From Marsupella aquatica (taxonomy: Eukaryota > Plantae > Marchantiophyta), in the NCBI GenBank assembly GCA_973895155.1, contig OZ316896.1:21519643-21583642 (forward strand): a stretch of 64,000 nt of DNA, in the 5' to 3' direction. The number at the start of each line of letters is the position of its first letter. Position 1 is the first letter of the stretch. This document shows, in pieces, positions 52,975-64,000 of the stretch. The notes beneath the pieces are model-generated. The model saw only the letters and a list, made by a program, of their open reading frames with translations. It did no database searches and was not told the DNA's origin. The translations under genes and the position numbers were made by a program.

Positions 52975-53178
52975 CGACTGAGTTTGCTTGACAAAACGAG
53001 TCATGTATTGATCTAGCTCAAGGGTTGTACTCCGATGGACAGGTCAATGTCGTTGGCCTGATCCCTAGGATTTTCGCGACTGAGTTTGCTTGACAAAACG
53101 AGTCATGTATTGATCTAGCTCAAGGGTTGTACTCCGATGGACAGGTCAATGTCGTTGGCCTGATCCCTAGGATTTTCG
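52975..53178. repeat. Perfect 102-bp tandem duplication
   Basis: cgactgagtttgcttgacaaaacg...gatccctaggattttcg at 52975 and 53077. Confidence 0.93.
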
Positions 53179-53262
53179 TGAAATGCTTGATTTTGTTGCC
53201 GCAGGAAGTTTTAACCACCACTTCCCCTGGTCACTTTGTAATACCAGGTTTCAGTATATTTA

Positions 53263-53321
53263 GAAATTGTGGATAAACTCCATCATGTCCTGAAATTGTG
53301 GATAAACTCCATCATCTCCTG
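53263..53321. repeat. 29-bp tandem duplication
   Basis: gaaattgtggataaactccatcat(g/c)tcct twice. Confidence 0.88.
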
Positions 53322-55039
53322 CCCGTAGTCCTGCACGTGTTCCAAGGGAAAGTGGAGAGGTGCTCGAACCCTTGGGTCTTCAAGTAACATGCATGCTTCG
53401 GGACCCGGAAATCCTAAAGGATTGAATATGAAAACCGAGGGCATGTTTGGACATTCCCTCTTTCATACTGGTAGTGATGGTTTAAGCTACCTTTCACACA
53501 TTCCAACTCGGCAGCAATAATTTTCCTACGAGGTTTTTACAATTGTAAGAGTCAATCCATTCCCCCTGTAACTGCTACATGTGTTAGGCATTTCACTAAT
53601 AGGTGAAACGTGGATCTAGATGTTCCTCAGAAACTTGGATCTAGATACCCAAATTGTTAGAGGGAAAACCCAGAATTACAGATACGGCATGGTTTCAATC
53701 CATTGCTCCATCGCAAGCAGAAGCTAACGACTGTGTTACTATTGAAGCTAGTGTTCTTGCAAAAGATTGAGGCACTTGGGAGTCATTGGAGGTGGAGCAC
53801 GTTGTAGGAGTCACGGGAGTTTCTGCAGGAGGAGAATGGGCTTGAGATACGTAGACCGCAGCTACAACATAACTTGATGGCGCTCTTCCACTGGAGCATA
53901 GTCCATTGCAGGCGGAAGAACTGGTGCAAAGATCTCGACAGGTGAAACCAACCGGATCCAGAGTTTGTGACTGCCACTCTTTGAACACCGCGCGGCAAGC
54001 AGGACCGTGTGAGCTGGTGTCTTAGCCGCTTGCAGTAACAAAGCGTGTCGTGTTGAGTACCGGTCCAAAAGCATCAAGACTGTCGAAAATATCACTTGCC
54101 ACACAAATCTGAATATGGTTGGCCATACCATACCTACCATCATATATAATAAAGGAACCCTCAGATGGGTGTGTGTGCAGATTTCCAGCTGGGGTATGGC
54201 GAGAAATGGGTCAAAATTAAAGCTGCACAACGTATGCAATCCGTTTCAATTCAGTAAGGGATGTCAAAATTTAAAATATTCTTGTTAGTGTTCAGTTACA
54301 CTTTTCAATTTGCAATTGCAGTCTACACTGGAGCGTGTATATCCGACCTGAGCCATGGATCAAGCTCGAGAGATCAAGATGTCCCTTCCTAGATGAAATG
54401 GTGTCCTTTCCATAGAAGAGATAGAAGAAGATCCACTTCATGCCATACTGCATTTTCTAATTCTCGTGACAGGAAAGAAGGATGGTCTTCATTAAAAGTA
54501 CTACTGTAGAAGTTTCATAATACGCGCGTGCAAAACAGAGGCAAAATCGCCATTTATGATGCAGCCTGAATTTTTTACTCTTTGCTCTCGTGTTTGCTCT
54601 CGTGACGGATGGGAAGACTACTTACTACTCAGGGCGGCTTTAGAAGGTGTGGGGGGCACTTACTTTTTCTACTACCGAGACGGCCACTTTTTGTTCTAAA
54701 GATACTAAACCACATACCAGAAGCATTTTAAAATGAACGTCAATGGAGGAGCCAAAGTTTGGAAATATTAATGATTGGAACAAATCCCAGGGTTTACGTC
54801 GGCCCATCGGCCCATTGCTTTGTCATGCAGGATCCAAAAATACCATACCCAATGGGGCCCCACGTTCTTGTGAAGCCAACTGGAGTCTCATTATACTACG
54901 CAGAGTTAATCTCAAAGTGAATAAAATGAAGAGAATGGGCCCCCTACAGCCTGTAAAGCTTTTGATCCAGAAAGTGTATAAAGACGGAGGTGGGTAAAAG
55001 CTTTATCGATATCAAAAGGAAGATAAACAAATATAATAG

Positions 55040-55650
55040 TTGGAAGTGACTTTTGGGTTGTGGGAGAGCTTCAATGGTCAATATGTCAGCAGGTTGCTGT
55101 TCAGTGGAAACATATTGTAATTGAACCTCCCCTCCAAAGCTCGCTCGCGTTTCAAGTGGTGATGAACCTGATGTGTTTTGTGCACGGAAACCGAGATATT
55201 TGGTTATCGATTTACTAGTACCTTGGTTGCCACAGCGAATTGGGAGAGATGAATTAGGAAGAACAGAGGTGATCTCAGATTCAGTTGCAATGGACAGAAA
55301 TTTGAGCATCGGGAATGAGCCGGGGAATGACTTGCAGTTCATGCAGAAGATGTTTGAGGGACAATTGCTTCCTGAACGCCAGTAGAGAGCGAGATATAAT
55401 CAGACTCGGTGGAAATCGGTGGTAGCCTGGTGCTTGCTGTTCCTGACAACGGCACTAACTCCAAGAACGGGACTACCACCTAGGATGAACATGTAGAAAC
55501 CAAGAGAAAACAGAGTAGACGGGCAAACAGGGGACAGAGTATGCCCTGGTAGAGAGTGTGTTTAATATAATGCAAAATATGTCGTGTAGCTTGAAGATGA
55601 TCGTCCCGAGGTGCCTGCATTAAGCCGCTAACCATACTGACCGGTATAGG
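55040..55650 (-). mobile_element. Degenerate Ty1/Copia pol remnant (RT C-terminus and RNase H C-terminus)
   Basis: VSGLMQAPRDDHLQATRHILHYIKHTLYQGI resembles Copia VSxFMQxPxxxHLxAxKRILRYxKGT; VQLQYVSTEQQPADILTIEAL resembles the Copia RNase H motif YVxTxxQxADILTKAL. The two blocks are separated by non-matching sequence. Confidence 0.8.
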
Positions 55651-57081
55651 AGTTCGAAACAAATCTGACTAGGTCAAAGCTGCAACAACGCAATTCACAA
55701 CACTAGCACGAAACAATAGTACATTCAAGCAACGACCAACCAATCCATGATTGCAATGCAGTTACGTGATGGAAATTGTCTGAGGACAAACCTGACAATA
55801 GGTAGGTCGAATATGTAGGCCAAGAGCGCAGGTCCAACCGGGAACTCATCATTCGATAAGCCGACAGAACTATGTGAACACATTTCTGCAAATCATTCGA
55901 CTCTACATGGTCACCACAGGGGATGAGGAGGTAGCAGCGAAGACAACTATCTCCACCCTTTCTCATTCTGTCACGCTTATTTCCACTAAGGTGTTTGCAG
56001 GAGTGACAGTATGGGCCATCCAAGAGAAATATATCTTTGCTGGGGACCCCATCAGTCTGTACCAGACAACTATGACAACAAAATCTCGTCGGCGATCCTT
56101 AGCTTGACTATTCAAACCCTTCGTTGCACTGCGGTAGTACCCATGTCCTCATGCCCTGCTCAATCAAAAAACCTTATAATTGTTCGTCTGTGATGGATAT
56201 GAATAAATTATTAATACGTGAAGGACTGGAAACAAATAAATGAGTACCCGAGTCAGTGCTCAACAGTTCACAATCAGATGGAGAGCAACAGTATGCTCCA
56301 TGAACCTGAAAAATTGGGGATTGACCAAAGTCACAAAAGCTTGTGCCCAAGCTTCCGTGTGAGGTGTGGGAATTCCACAGGGACGTGTGGAGTCAAATTG
56401 GGATGCTTTGTGGCCATGCAACTGAGGAAAACAAGCTCATACCATGTTTCCACATTCGTCTCTTCAAATTATTTTTGCATACTCAAACGCAAAGCTTAGG
56501 TAGACTCTTATCACTCACGATTGCTCCAAGTTCAAAGTAAACTGACGACCATAGTCTAAACAAACTGCGCATTACAACATAACTCAACAGCTCAGGTTGG
56601 GGAAAAGTCCCCTGAAGTCATCTCAATGATGAAGTTAGTTAATCCCAGTGGGAATTTGCTGCATGTCAGGTCATGATAAGAAAACAATCACAAATCATAG
56701 CTCTGTCCAGAGTGCCGCTGCAATTGAAACTTGAACCAAAGAAACAGAGCTGACCGCATCCACTCCATTGTCACATTTCACATTCCAATACTATAATTGA
56801 CAGACCTAATTTTAAGCAAACAGAGCCCTTCCACTCTCGACTGAAGAAACTCATTAAGCTGTCATGAAGGCGATAACGTTGGCAGCACTGCAGGAGGTGA
56901 GAGACAAGCAATCACCTGGCCTGTGTGACTATTAATGGATCTCCGCTACGGCTATTAAGGGATCAGCAATGACAACTCTCTATCTCTCCACGCAATTCGA
57001 TTTTTGGAAGCTGCAAGGCACTAATCAAAAGCAAACGGACAATAATTCTCCTGAAACCTCCCTTGGGGATGACAGAGCAAA

Positions 57082-57144
57082 GCAGCAAGTGTCCAGAGAT
57101 GGGAAATTGTCAGAGCGACACTTCCATCTCTGGACACTTGCTGC
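57082..57144. other. Short perfect inverted repeat (hairpin)
   Basis: GCAGCAAGTGTCCAGAGATGG / CCATCTCTGGACACTTGCTGC form a 21-bp perfect stem that extends imperfectly to a ~5-nt loop. Confidence 0.9.
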
Positions 57145-59118
57145 AAAACCCTGACACAACTAGAGCTAAGCAACAGACAATCCGGCTGCCAATTGAAATA
57201 GAACCAAATGAAATTCAATTCCTACTGATTTTGAAGTAAACTTTCGATCATCAATCCTGAGAGAAGATGGATGAATGAAAGTGCTTGTTCGCCTGGACAA
57301 CTCCTTTCACTCACTGTTAAATTTCAATACAAATCATCTACCAAGACTAATAAAGGCCTCAAATAGCTTACCAGATTGTTGCAGCGAAAAGAGGCACTTG
57401 AGAACTAGAGCAAGGAAATGTCCAAGAAAATTAGAATAGCTTGAGCACAGCGTTGTACCACAGACGGTCATCGGACAAACAGGCACCTGTTAACTAGATG
57501 TAGTGAGAATGCCGGAGAAAATGAGAACCGAAGAGGAATGAGAGATTGAAGAACGAGAAAATTTTAGCATCGATCTCTCTCATATACCACATTAAGACTG
57601 GAGTCCGTTCCAAATTTAGGGGCCAAGTATAGGAAGTCACCATATTGTAGACCAACTCCAATAGACGATGGATACCAACCACCTTGCAAGAGAACCTGTG
57701 TTCGAGACCATAGCTCTCAAGTCACTTCTGCCATTAGGCACACACGAACAGGAACTCTAAAAAGTGGGATGGAGTAAGGGGCTAAAGGGAGAAGGTTACT
57801 GGGAGAGGGGACTTACATTAAGTTCTCTATTTTATGTTGCAAGTGCCTTATGTTAGTGCCTACATTTTATGAAAATTTGGTCAAAATAGTAAGAAAACAT
57901 ATTTTTTCGATCCCACATGATACCTGCGGCGCCTGGAGTTGACCCCTGCGCATGTTTGCTGATTTAAGTCAGTTGATTGAATATTTTCTTATTAATTAAA
58001 TTGAAACTGAAGCTCCCATGTACCCCTTGGAAAAAATCAAAACATTGTCATAATGCTCAGATGGACCATTATAACTCAGACACATACTACCACTCTGAAA
58101 TGTCAATTTTTTATCACATAGAACCTTCCATTTGTTTGTATTAATGTTCAATTTGTTATTGTCAACAGGAGTTTGGTGTGTCTAGTGTCATGTATTTGGC
58201 TCTTCAACAAAGAAAACTTATTTGCATCTCACCATAAATTGGAAACTTAACATGGTCAGATCACTTAGCCCAGCACTCCCCGGGCTAGTCCAAGCTCCAG
58301 AGGAACAATAGCTCCATCCAATCTGTTTGTGCTTCCAAAGGAAGAATCCCAAGTGGCAGGTGTCCCCTTGTGCAGCTGGAACTTGGGTGTCTCACTTCCA
58401 CAAAAATGACTCATCATATGCAACAAAGCATAAGGTAGTTTTGTTGGTTCTTAGGGAACACTCCAGGTAAAACTTCAAAAGAATTGTGGATGAACAGTAG
58501 AGTCTTAAAATCCAATTTTGATACTTATAAGAAAAGATTCATTGGGGTTTTAACCAATTTTTGGAATATTCCAAATTAATAGGGGTATCTAGAAGATTCC
58601 CCAAAGAATCTATTAAACTTTAGGGTGTATGAGTTGTCAAAATGTTGCAGGTGATGCGGGGTCAGGGCGCTCCATATAGTGAGACCCCCGAGGGCTAGAG
58701 CAACTTGCCGCCCATGCAATGCAAGACCAAAAAGAGTTATACTGCCATTTGGAAGAGGTTGTTAAAGTTTAGGGTTTTCCCCTACCGAGACCTCTGCCCG
58801 TCACATCACAGCTGGTCTCAGACAGGGTTTCCCAAATGGTAGTAAATGACTCCGCTGTTCTTAGAGAGGGTTTTCCAAATGGTAGTACATGACTCCCTTG
58901 AGTAGTAAGAGTGATTATACAAAGAGCACCCCACCCATGTAACATATTCAAAAGGATTATAAAAGCTGTGTACTTATCAAATGAATCATAAAGTAACGGA
59001 TATGAGTGTAAGGTTTTAAACATGAATCTAGGCACAGCACTCACTGTGTGCTCAGGCCAGGGGTGTGGCCATGGTCACAAACTCCTATAAACCAAATAAA
59101 GTATCAGAAACATTTTAG

Positions 59119-59201
59119 GTGGAGTCATTGTGTAGCACATTAATTTGTGGTTGTCTTCCTTTGAGATTTAGAGGTCAAGGGTTCAAGTCCTGCCCTCTCC
59201 A
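59119..59201 (+). mobile_element. Possible decayed tRNA-derived SINE head or tRNA pseudogene
   Basis: gaggtcaagGGTTCAAGTCCtgccctctcca contains a B-box/T-loop; the 5' half does not fold as a tRNA. Confidence 0.35.
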
Positions 59202-59459
59202 ATTATAGTTTCATAAAGATGCATAGGCCTGAAAATGGGCAAAATTGTAAACTAGATATTTAAGCTGTAAAGATTTATGAGAGATAATTTGCAAAGATGG
59301 GATTAAAAAAAACACATATGGGTTTAAGTAATTTAAAAATGGAAATAATAACAAAGAACACAACCCTCTTAAGCCAAAATTAAAACAAAAATAGCAACAA
59401 AAATCACAAGAGATGCACCATATCACAATGTCAAAAATATGAAATTCTCCTATAAAATT

Positions 59460-59519
59460 ATGTGGACTGGCTACTATCTCTAGTCAATAAAATCATGTGG
59501 AATGGCTACTAGCTCTAGT
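59460..59519. repeat. 35-bp-period duplication
   Basis: atgtgga.tggctacta.ctctagt twice. Confidence 0.75.
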
Positions 59520-62500
59520 GGTACTTGTAAATAAGTTTGGGCAAAAATAATTAATTACAATATTTTTGCAAGTAATTTGACATTCCTGATCAAAGGGATG
59601 GGAAAATAAGAGGCTTTTTGGGACTGTATAAATGGACTACGACCAGGGTTGCTTTCAGTGGCTAAAATTCACTACATTTCACCTCTCAAAGAGCAATGGT
59701 CTCTTTTGGCTAAAATTACCTACAACAGATTTTCTGTGTTCCATTAGGGAGTCTCAAAGCTGACAATTTGATGGACCTTAACTCCCTAGTTGCAGGTTGT
59801 GGACACAAAAAGTTACAGACTATGAAATTCATACCATAAGCTTTTTGCCATAAGGATTGGTTAATGCCAACCATCAGTCACTGTAGAGGTTGGTGACAGC
59901 AAAAGCAAAAAAAACTTTTACATAACATTGTGAAAAAGTTATGATCATTCCTATAAGGTTGAATGTCATCATCCATAATTTTGGAGCTTTAAGACTCCCC
60001 ATTAGGCAGTTTTTCATCTACCCACAGACCCAGCAACCGTAATCTAATGATCATCCTCAAATGTAGGGAGATTTGATGGTCAAACGTTAATCTAAAAAAA
60101 TTAGATAAAGAACATTTATAACATTTCTCCTTCACACAAGGTGACATTAGCGAAACAAAAGCCCGGATGGACTGAGATGTTGTCCCTGCCAATCCCCATG
60201 GACTGCTTAAAGTCACTTTTACACCAAAAAGAAAAAGGAACCGGTAACAATTCCAGTTGACAACTTTGACCACCTTGGAGAGAAAGTTGTCAAGAGGTCA
60301 TGGTGATCCTGAGTAATGACATGACGACTTGATGTTTTTCAGGTTCAAGGTCATCAAGCCATCAACTTACCAAGGAAAAGGGTTGAGTAATGTAATTGAA
60401 ACCGGATGCAAACAGTAAAGGGACCGTTTACAGGTCACATAGTCATAGTGTAAACAGTATTATCTGAGCTAGTTTAGATGTTCTGAGCAAGTCCATCCAA
60501 GTTTTTCCAGTCCATCTGAGCTTCATAGACAAAGTGAAGCTCCATCTGGGCTTTAGTTTGGACAGTAGCCATGCAGGCCGAAAGAAAAAAACCTTAAAAA
60601 TTAGGCTAAGTACCATCACATCTCCCTCAAAATGTCGAGAGCTTTTGGGCTTTGACCATCTTTTCCTCCGCCCCCCTGTAAAAGTGTAGAGCCGTCAGAT
60701 CTTGGGACCAGGTCCAAGAGCATTAGGGCCATCTTGCATGTGAGGGTCCCCAAATTATCAACCCTTTAAGTGATCAGGTGGCACATGCTTACTCTTCGAG
60801 CCTTTCCTGCCTCACCCTCCTCATGTGCCAGTCCTCACGGCAGCAATTCATTTTTTTCAAGGGCAAGGGCCGGAAACTTTACGGCTCTTCACCGTCCTGA
60901 CCTTTCAAATTCATAAACAAAAAAAATACAGTGCTAACAACAAAGGGGTTGAAGCGACAAAGGAGGAAACCCACTGAGTGGGAGCATTGCACGTAATTAT
61001 TGCCACGGAGAGTTGTGTTTTGATTTGCTCATACACTGTTTCCCATCTTTTGTGGGCAAGTAAGGGCCGCTTTTTAAAGGACTCTTGCACATGCAAGACA
61101 GCCCTTAGTTTGGCCCAAAGAGTCCCCACTTTTTCCAGGTTGCACTTTTTGCCGGGCATTTTGAAATAAAGTATGAAGTTGGTGACATTAAACAAATCTG
61201 CCCTTGGCTCCCTGATATAATTGTATTCGCCTGAAGTTGCAGGTTGATGATGTCAAGGTTCCATGGCACCTGCTTTGGACGAACACTATACACGAGTGGG
61301 TTTTTTTCTGGCATGAAAACAACATCCAATATAATTATTTCAAATTCCTGCAAGAGTTTTCTTTCTGTATATTTCTGAACTTAATGATAGTGAACGCCCA
61401 CCAATGCAAGAGCATGTTAAGATTTATCTTCTACTTGTGGAAAATGAAGCCTGGATACACAGCTAGGTTTGTCAAAAAGCTCCCAAGTATTTTGCAACTC
61501 AGATGGACTGCATTTTACTCAAATTGTCACAAGGAATATTCCTAATTACTCCATCCCAATTGTTTGTTTTCTGTCTAGGGTCCATGGGACCGTCCTTTTC
61601 TGGTCTTGGTAAAGAAAATAAACTCTAAGGTCTCAAGAAAGGACAAACATAATCAAAAGTAGAAGGAAAGATTTGGAGTGAAAAGAGATTAACGGGACTA
61701 AAGTGCATCAACTCATGTTATCAAGACAGTAACTAGTAGCTATGTATGTAGTCTGTGAGGTCCCGTTTACAAGGCATTGTGGGTTAATATGGCCCGTAAT
61801 GTTCTGGTAACACAACCTTTATACACTTAAAGGCTGATTGATGAGTTTTAATTACGAACCCCCATGAGAGGTCTCTTCCAAATTCCCTGGCACGAGGATG
61901 CACCACATCAGCGAGGATGGTGACAAACAGGACAGATCAGGTTTTTAGCAAAACAAAAAGGTCTTTGTCGTGTTTGTGGTCATATTCGTGGAAACTACGG
62001 GGATGATAAGCTAATAATTATTAAGTTTTCTTAAAATTTAAAGCGAATCTAATTCTTTAAACTCAAATTTTAATAATTGTTATTAATTAATTTTCAATTA
62101 ACTTATCATCTTGGTCAGTTTGGGCAGGCTACGAGGAGCTCGAGTACTTAAGGCAATTTTAGATTAAAAGGGGTATGGATGGACATGACGGTGCCAGGAA
62201 AACAAATTTTTATTGAAGGGCTATGATTGGTTTACACCTTTAATGAGTTAGTAAAGGGAAGTTTCCTTGAAGGTAGTGCATTGATATGGTCATTGACCAT
62301 TCATTAAAAAGGTGCAACCTTGTATTATAGCTTTTGATACCCAAGAAAAACATTATTTATTAAACTACGAGCCATATGCCAGTGTTTTGCACTGTGCAAG
62401 GAGGGCAGGCCCATAGGGATTGGCCGGGGGCATAACGGGGCAGTGGGAAGCAAATACGTGATAGGGGTGTACATTTTTCTCATCAATGGTGAGCAAAAAC

Positions 62501-63165
62501 AGCTAATCAAATCCAACGGCTGTGGATCTTTCCCGCCCAGAAGCTTTTTTGTATGGGAACGAAGGACAAAAAAAGATGGGATCTCTTATTATAGTTGTAG
62601 ATCATTTACTCGCACAAACCTTCACAAAAACTGAAATCTAAAACTACTCCAACTGCACCAAGATGGACTTCCCCTCCTACAGTAGAGAGAAGCCAGGCAC
62701 CTGATCTACTTAGAATGAATGTTTCTCAATTGACATATCTAGGATCCTTTGAAAGACTTACCTTTGTATTTTTATCCATGTGAAATTGGATCCAACCCCC
62801 CATATAATTTTGTAATCTAATTTATATCGTAGTTTCAAGTAATTATTTGAATTTTTTCCATTTCCACCCTTCTGCCCAAATTGAAATTGGAAGAGGAGCA
62901 CACAGATTACACAAAGATTTTACTTCCAATGACACCACTATGAGAGGAGCTTAGTTTACATTCTATCATGCAGAACTACACCATGTATAAGTGCATTCTG
63001 TGGGTAACTGCAACCCAGTAGTGTAGTCCCATAATATTTACTAGCGCAGGTTGATGTCACTAAATGACAAACACATAACTGCATTTCATATATATAAGTG
63101 CATTTATCAGTTACTGCAACTCATATGCTAGAAGAGCAGGTATGCTACATTTTCACCAATGAGAT

Positions 63166-63265
63166 GGTGAATTTGTGATTACTTGGTTGGGTTTTTCATC
63201 ATAAAATGCAGAGGGGGTGAATTTGTGACTATTTGGTTGGGTTTTTCATCATAAAATGGAGAGGG
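63166..63265. repeat. 50-bp tandem duplication
   Basis: ggtgaatttgtga.ta.ttggttgggtttttcatcataaaatg.agaggg twice. Confidence 0.88.
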
Positions 63266-64000
63266 ATAAATTCCCTTAGATTGATTTTCATTGTGTTAAT
63301 ATTCCATTAGATAGTTTTTCACATCCCCTCCTTCCGTAGTTTCCTTGCAAGTGCAAAACTAAACCTTATTTTAGGATTCATAATCAGCAAGTTATGGGCC
63401 CCAAACTTGCACGGACCACCAATATGTGGTCCATGGGAGCACTGTGTCCAACAAGGTGATCCATCTTGGCTTCAGTTTCATTATTGTCACCAATAGGAAT
63501 CATTCACTCATCCAACTTATTCAGACAGAATAAATGTCCTCTTAGCTTTTCATTCGTCAATTTTTAGGTTTACAATTGCTTTTCTTTTTTCTGGTTAGGT
63601 GTTTGTCTACCCTCCCGCACTCAGTTTTTCTCGGAATCCAGTTTTCTCAGTTGCATTAGCTTGCTCTTGTCGAGGCGCATCAAATCGATATAAAACACGT
63701 CCAAAACGGTGCCGTATCGACATACTTATGGTCACATTCGTTTTCGCCGTTTTTCAGTCGTTTTTCTACGATTTTCGTCTTCCTTTCGACGGTCATGTCT
63801 CGGTCAATCTTTCATGGATTTCAGATTTCTCAAGTGCTTTGTATAGCTCTTCTCCGGGAGCATCAGATTGATCCCAAGAGCGGTCCAATTGGTCTCCTAT
63901 TGCCCCGATTGGACTTTGATTAGCTCTCACGTTTTTTCTTCAATTTCCACCGTTCTCACTTTCAATTAGCTTTAGGGTCCTGTAGCAGTTCCTCGTTCAC

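Noticed and set aside
49722-54239. Scattered minus-strand ORFs of 70-140 aa as a possible multi-exon gene
   Set aside because: No recognisable domain, and I could not build a phase-consistent exon chain
59119-59201. Functional tRNA gene
   Set aside because: Only the T-arm/B-box is recognisable; no convincing D-arm or anticodon stem

Overview
Land-plant nuclear DNA with spliceosomal introns and one SPOROCYTELESS/NOZZLE-like (SPEAR) gene; the species cannot be determined from this window. The main feature is a 12.8-kb DNA transposon (7109-19896) with 25-bp ATCAC...GTGAT terminal inverted repeats (TIRs) and a 4-bp target-site duplication (TSD, CTCC), inserted into a 98-bp tandem repeat array. 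It carries two divergent genes. The minus-strand gene is a Sola-like DDD transposase (about 1245 aa reconstructed) with three N-terminal En/Spm TNP1-like repeats, interrupted by a 343-bp MITE with same-family TIRs and its own 4-bp TSD. The plus-strand gene has 5 exons (about 1700 aa reconstructed) and appears to fuse a ParB/Srx-like domain, a beta-class N4/N6 DNA methyltransferase-like domain and an FCP1/NIF HAD phosphatase-like domain. A 21-bp palindrome (type GGGTCGCTC-N3-GAGCGACCC) is amplified in non-coding parts of both genes. Both genes are disabled in this copy by a few stops and frameshifts. The only clear host gene is the 5-exon SPL/SPEAR-type repressor (38156-42104). The rest is degenerate LINE/Copia debris, small tandem duplications, microsatellites and one perfect hairpin. 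All domain calls are motif recognition by eye, not database searches.
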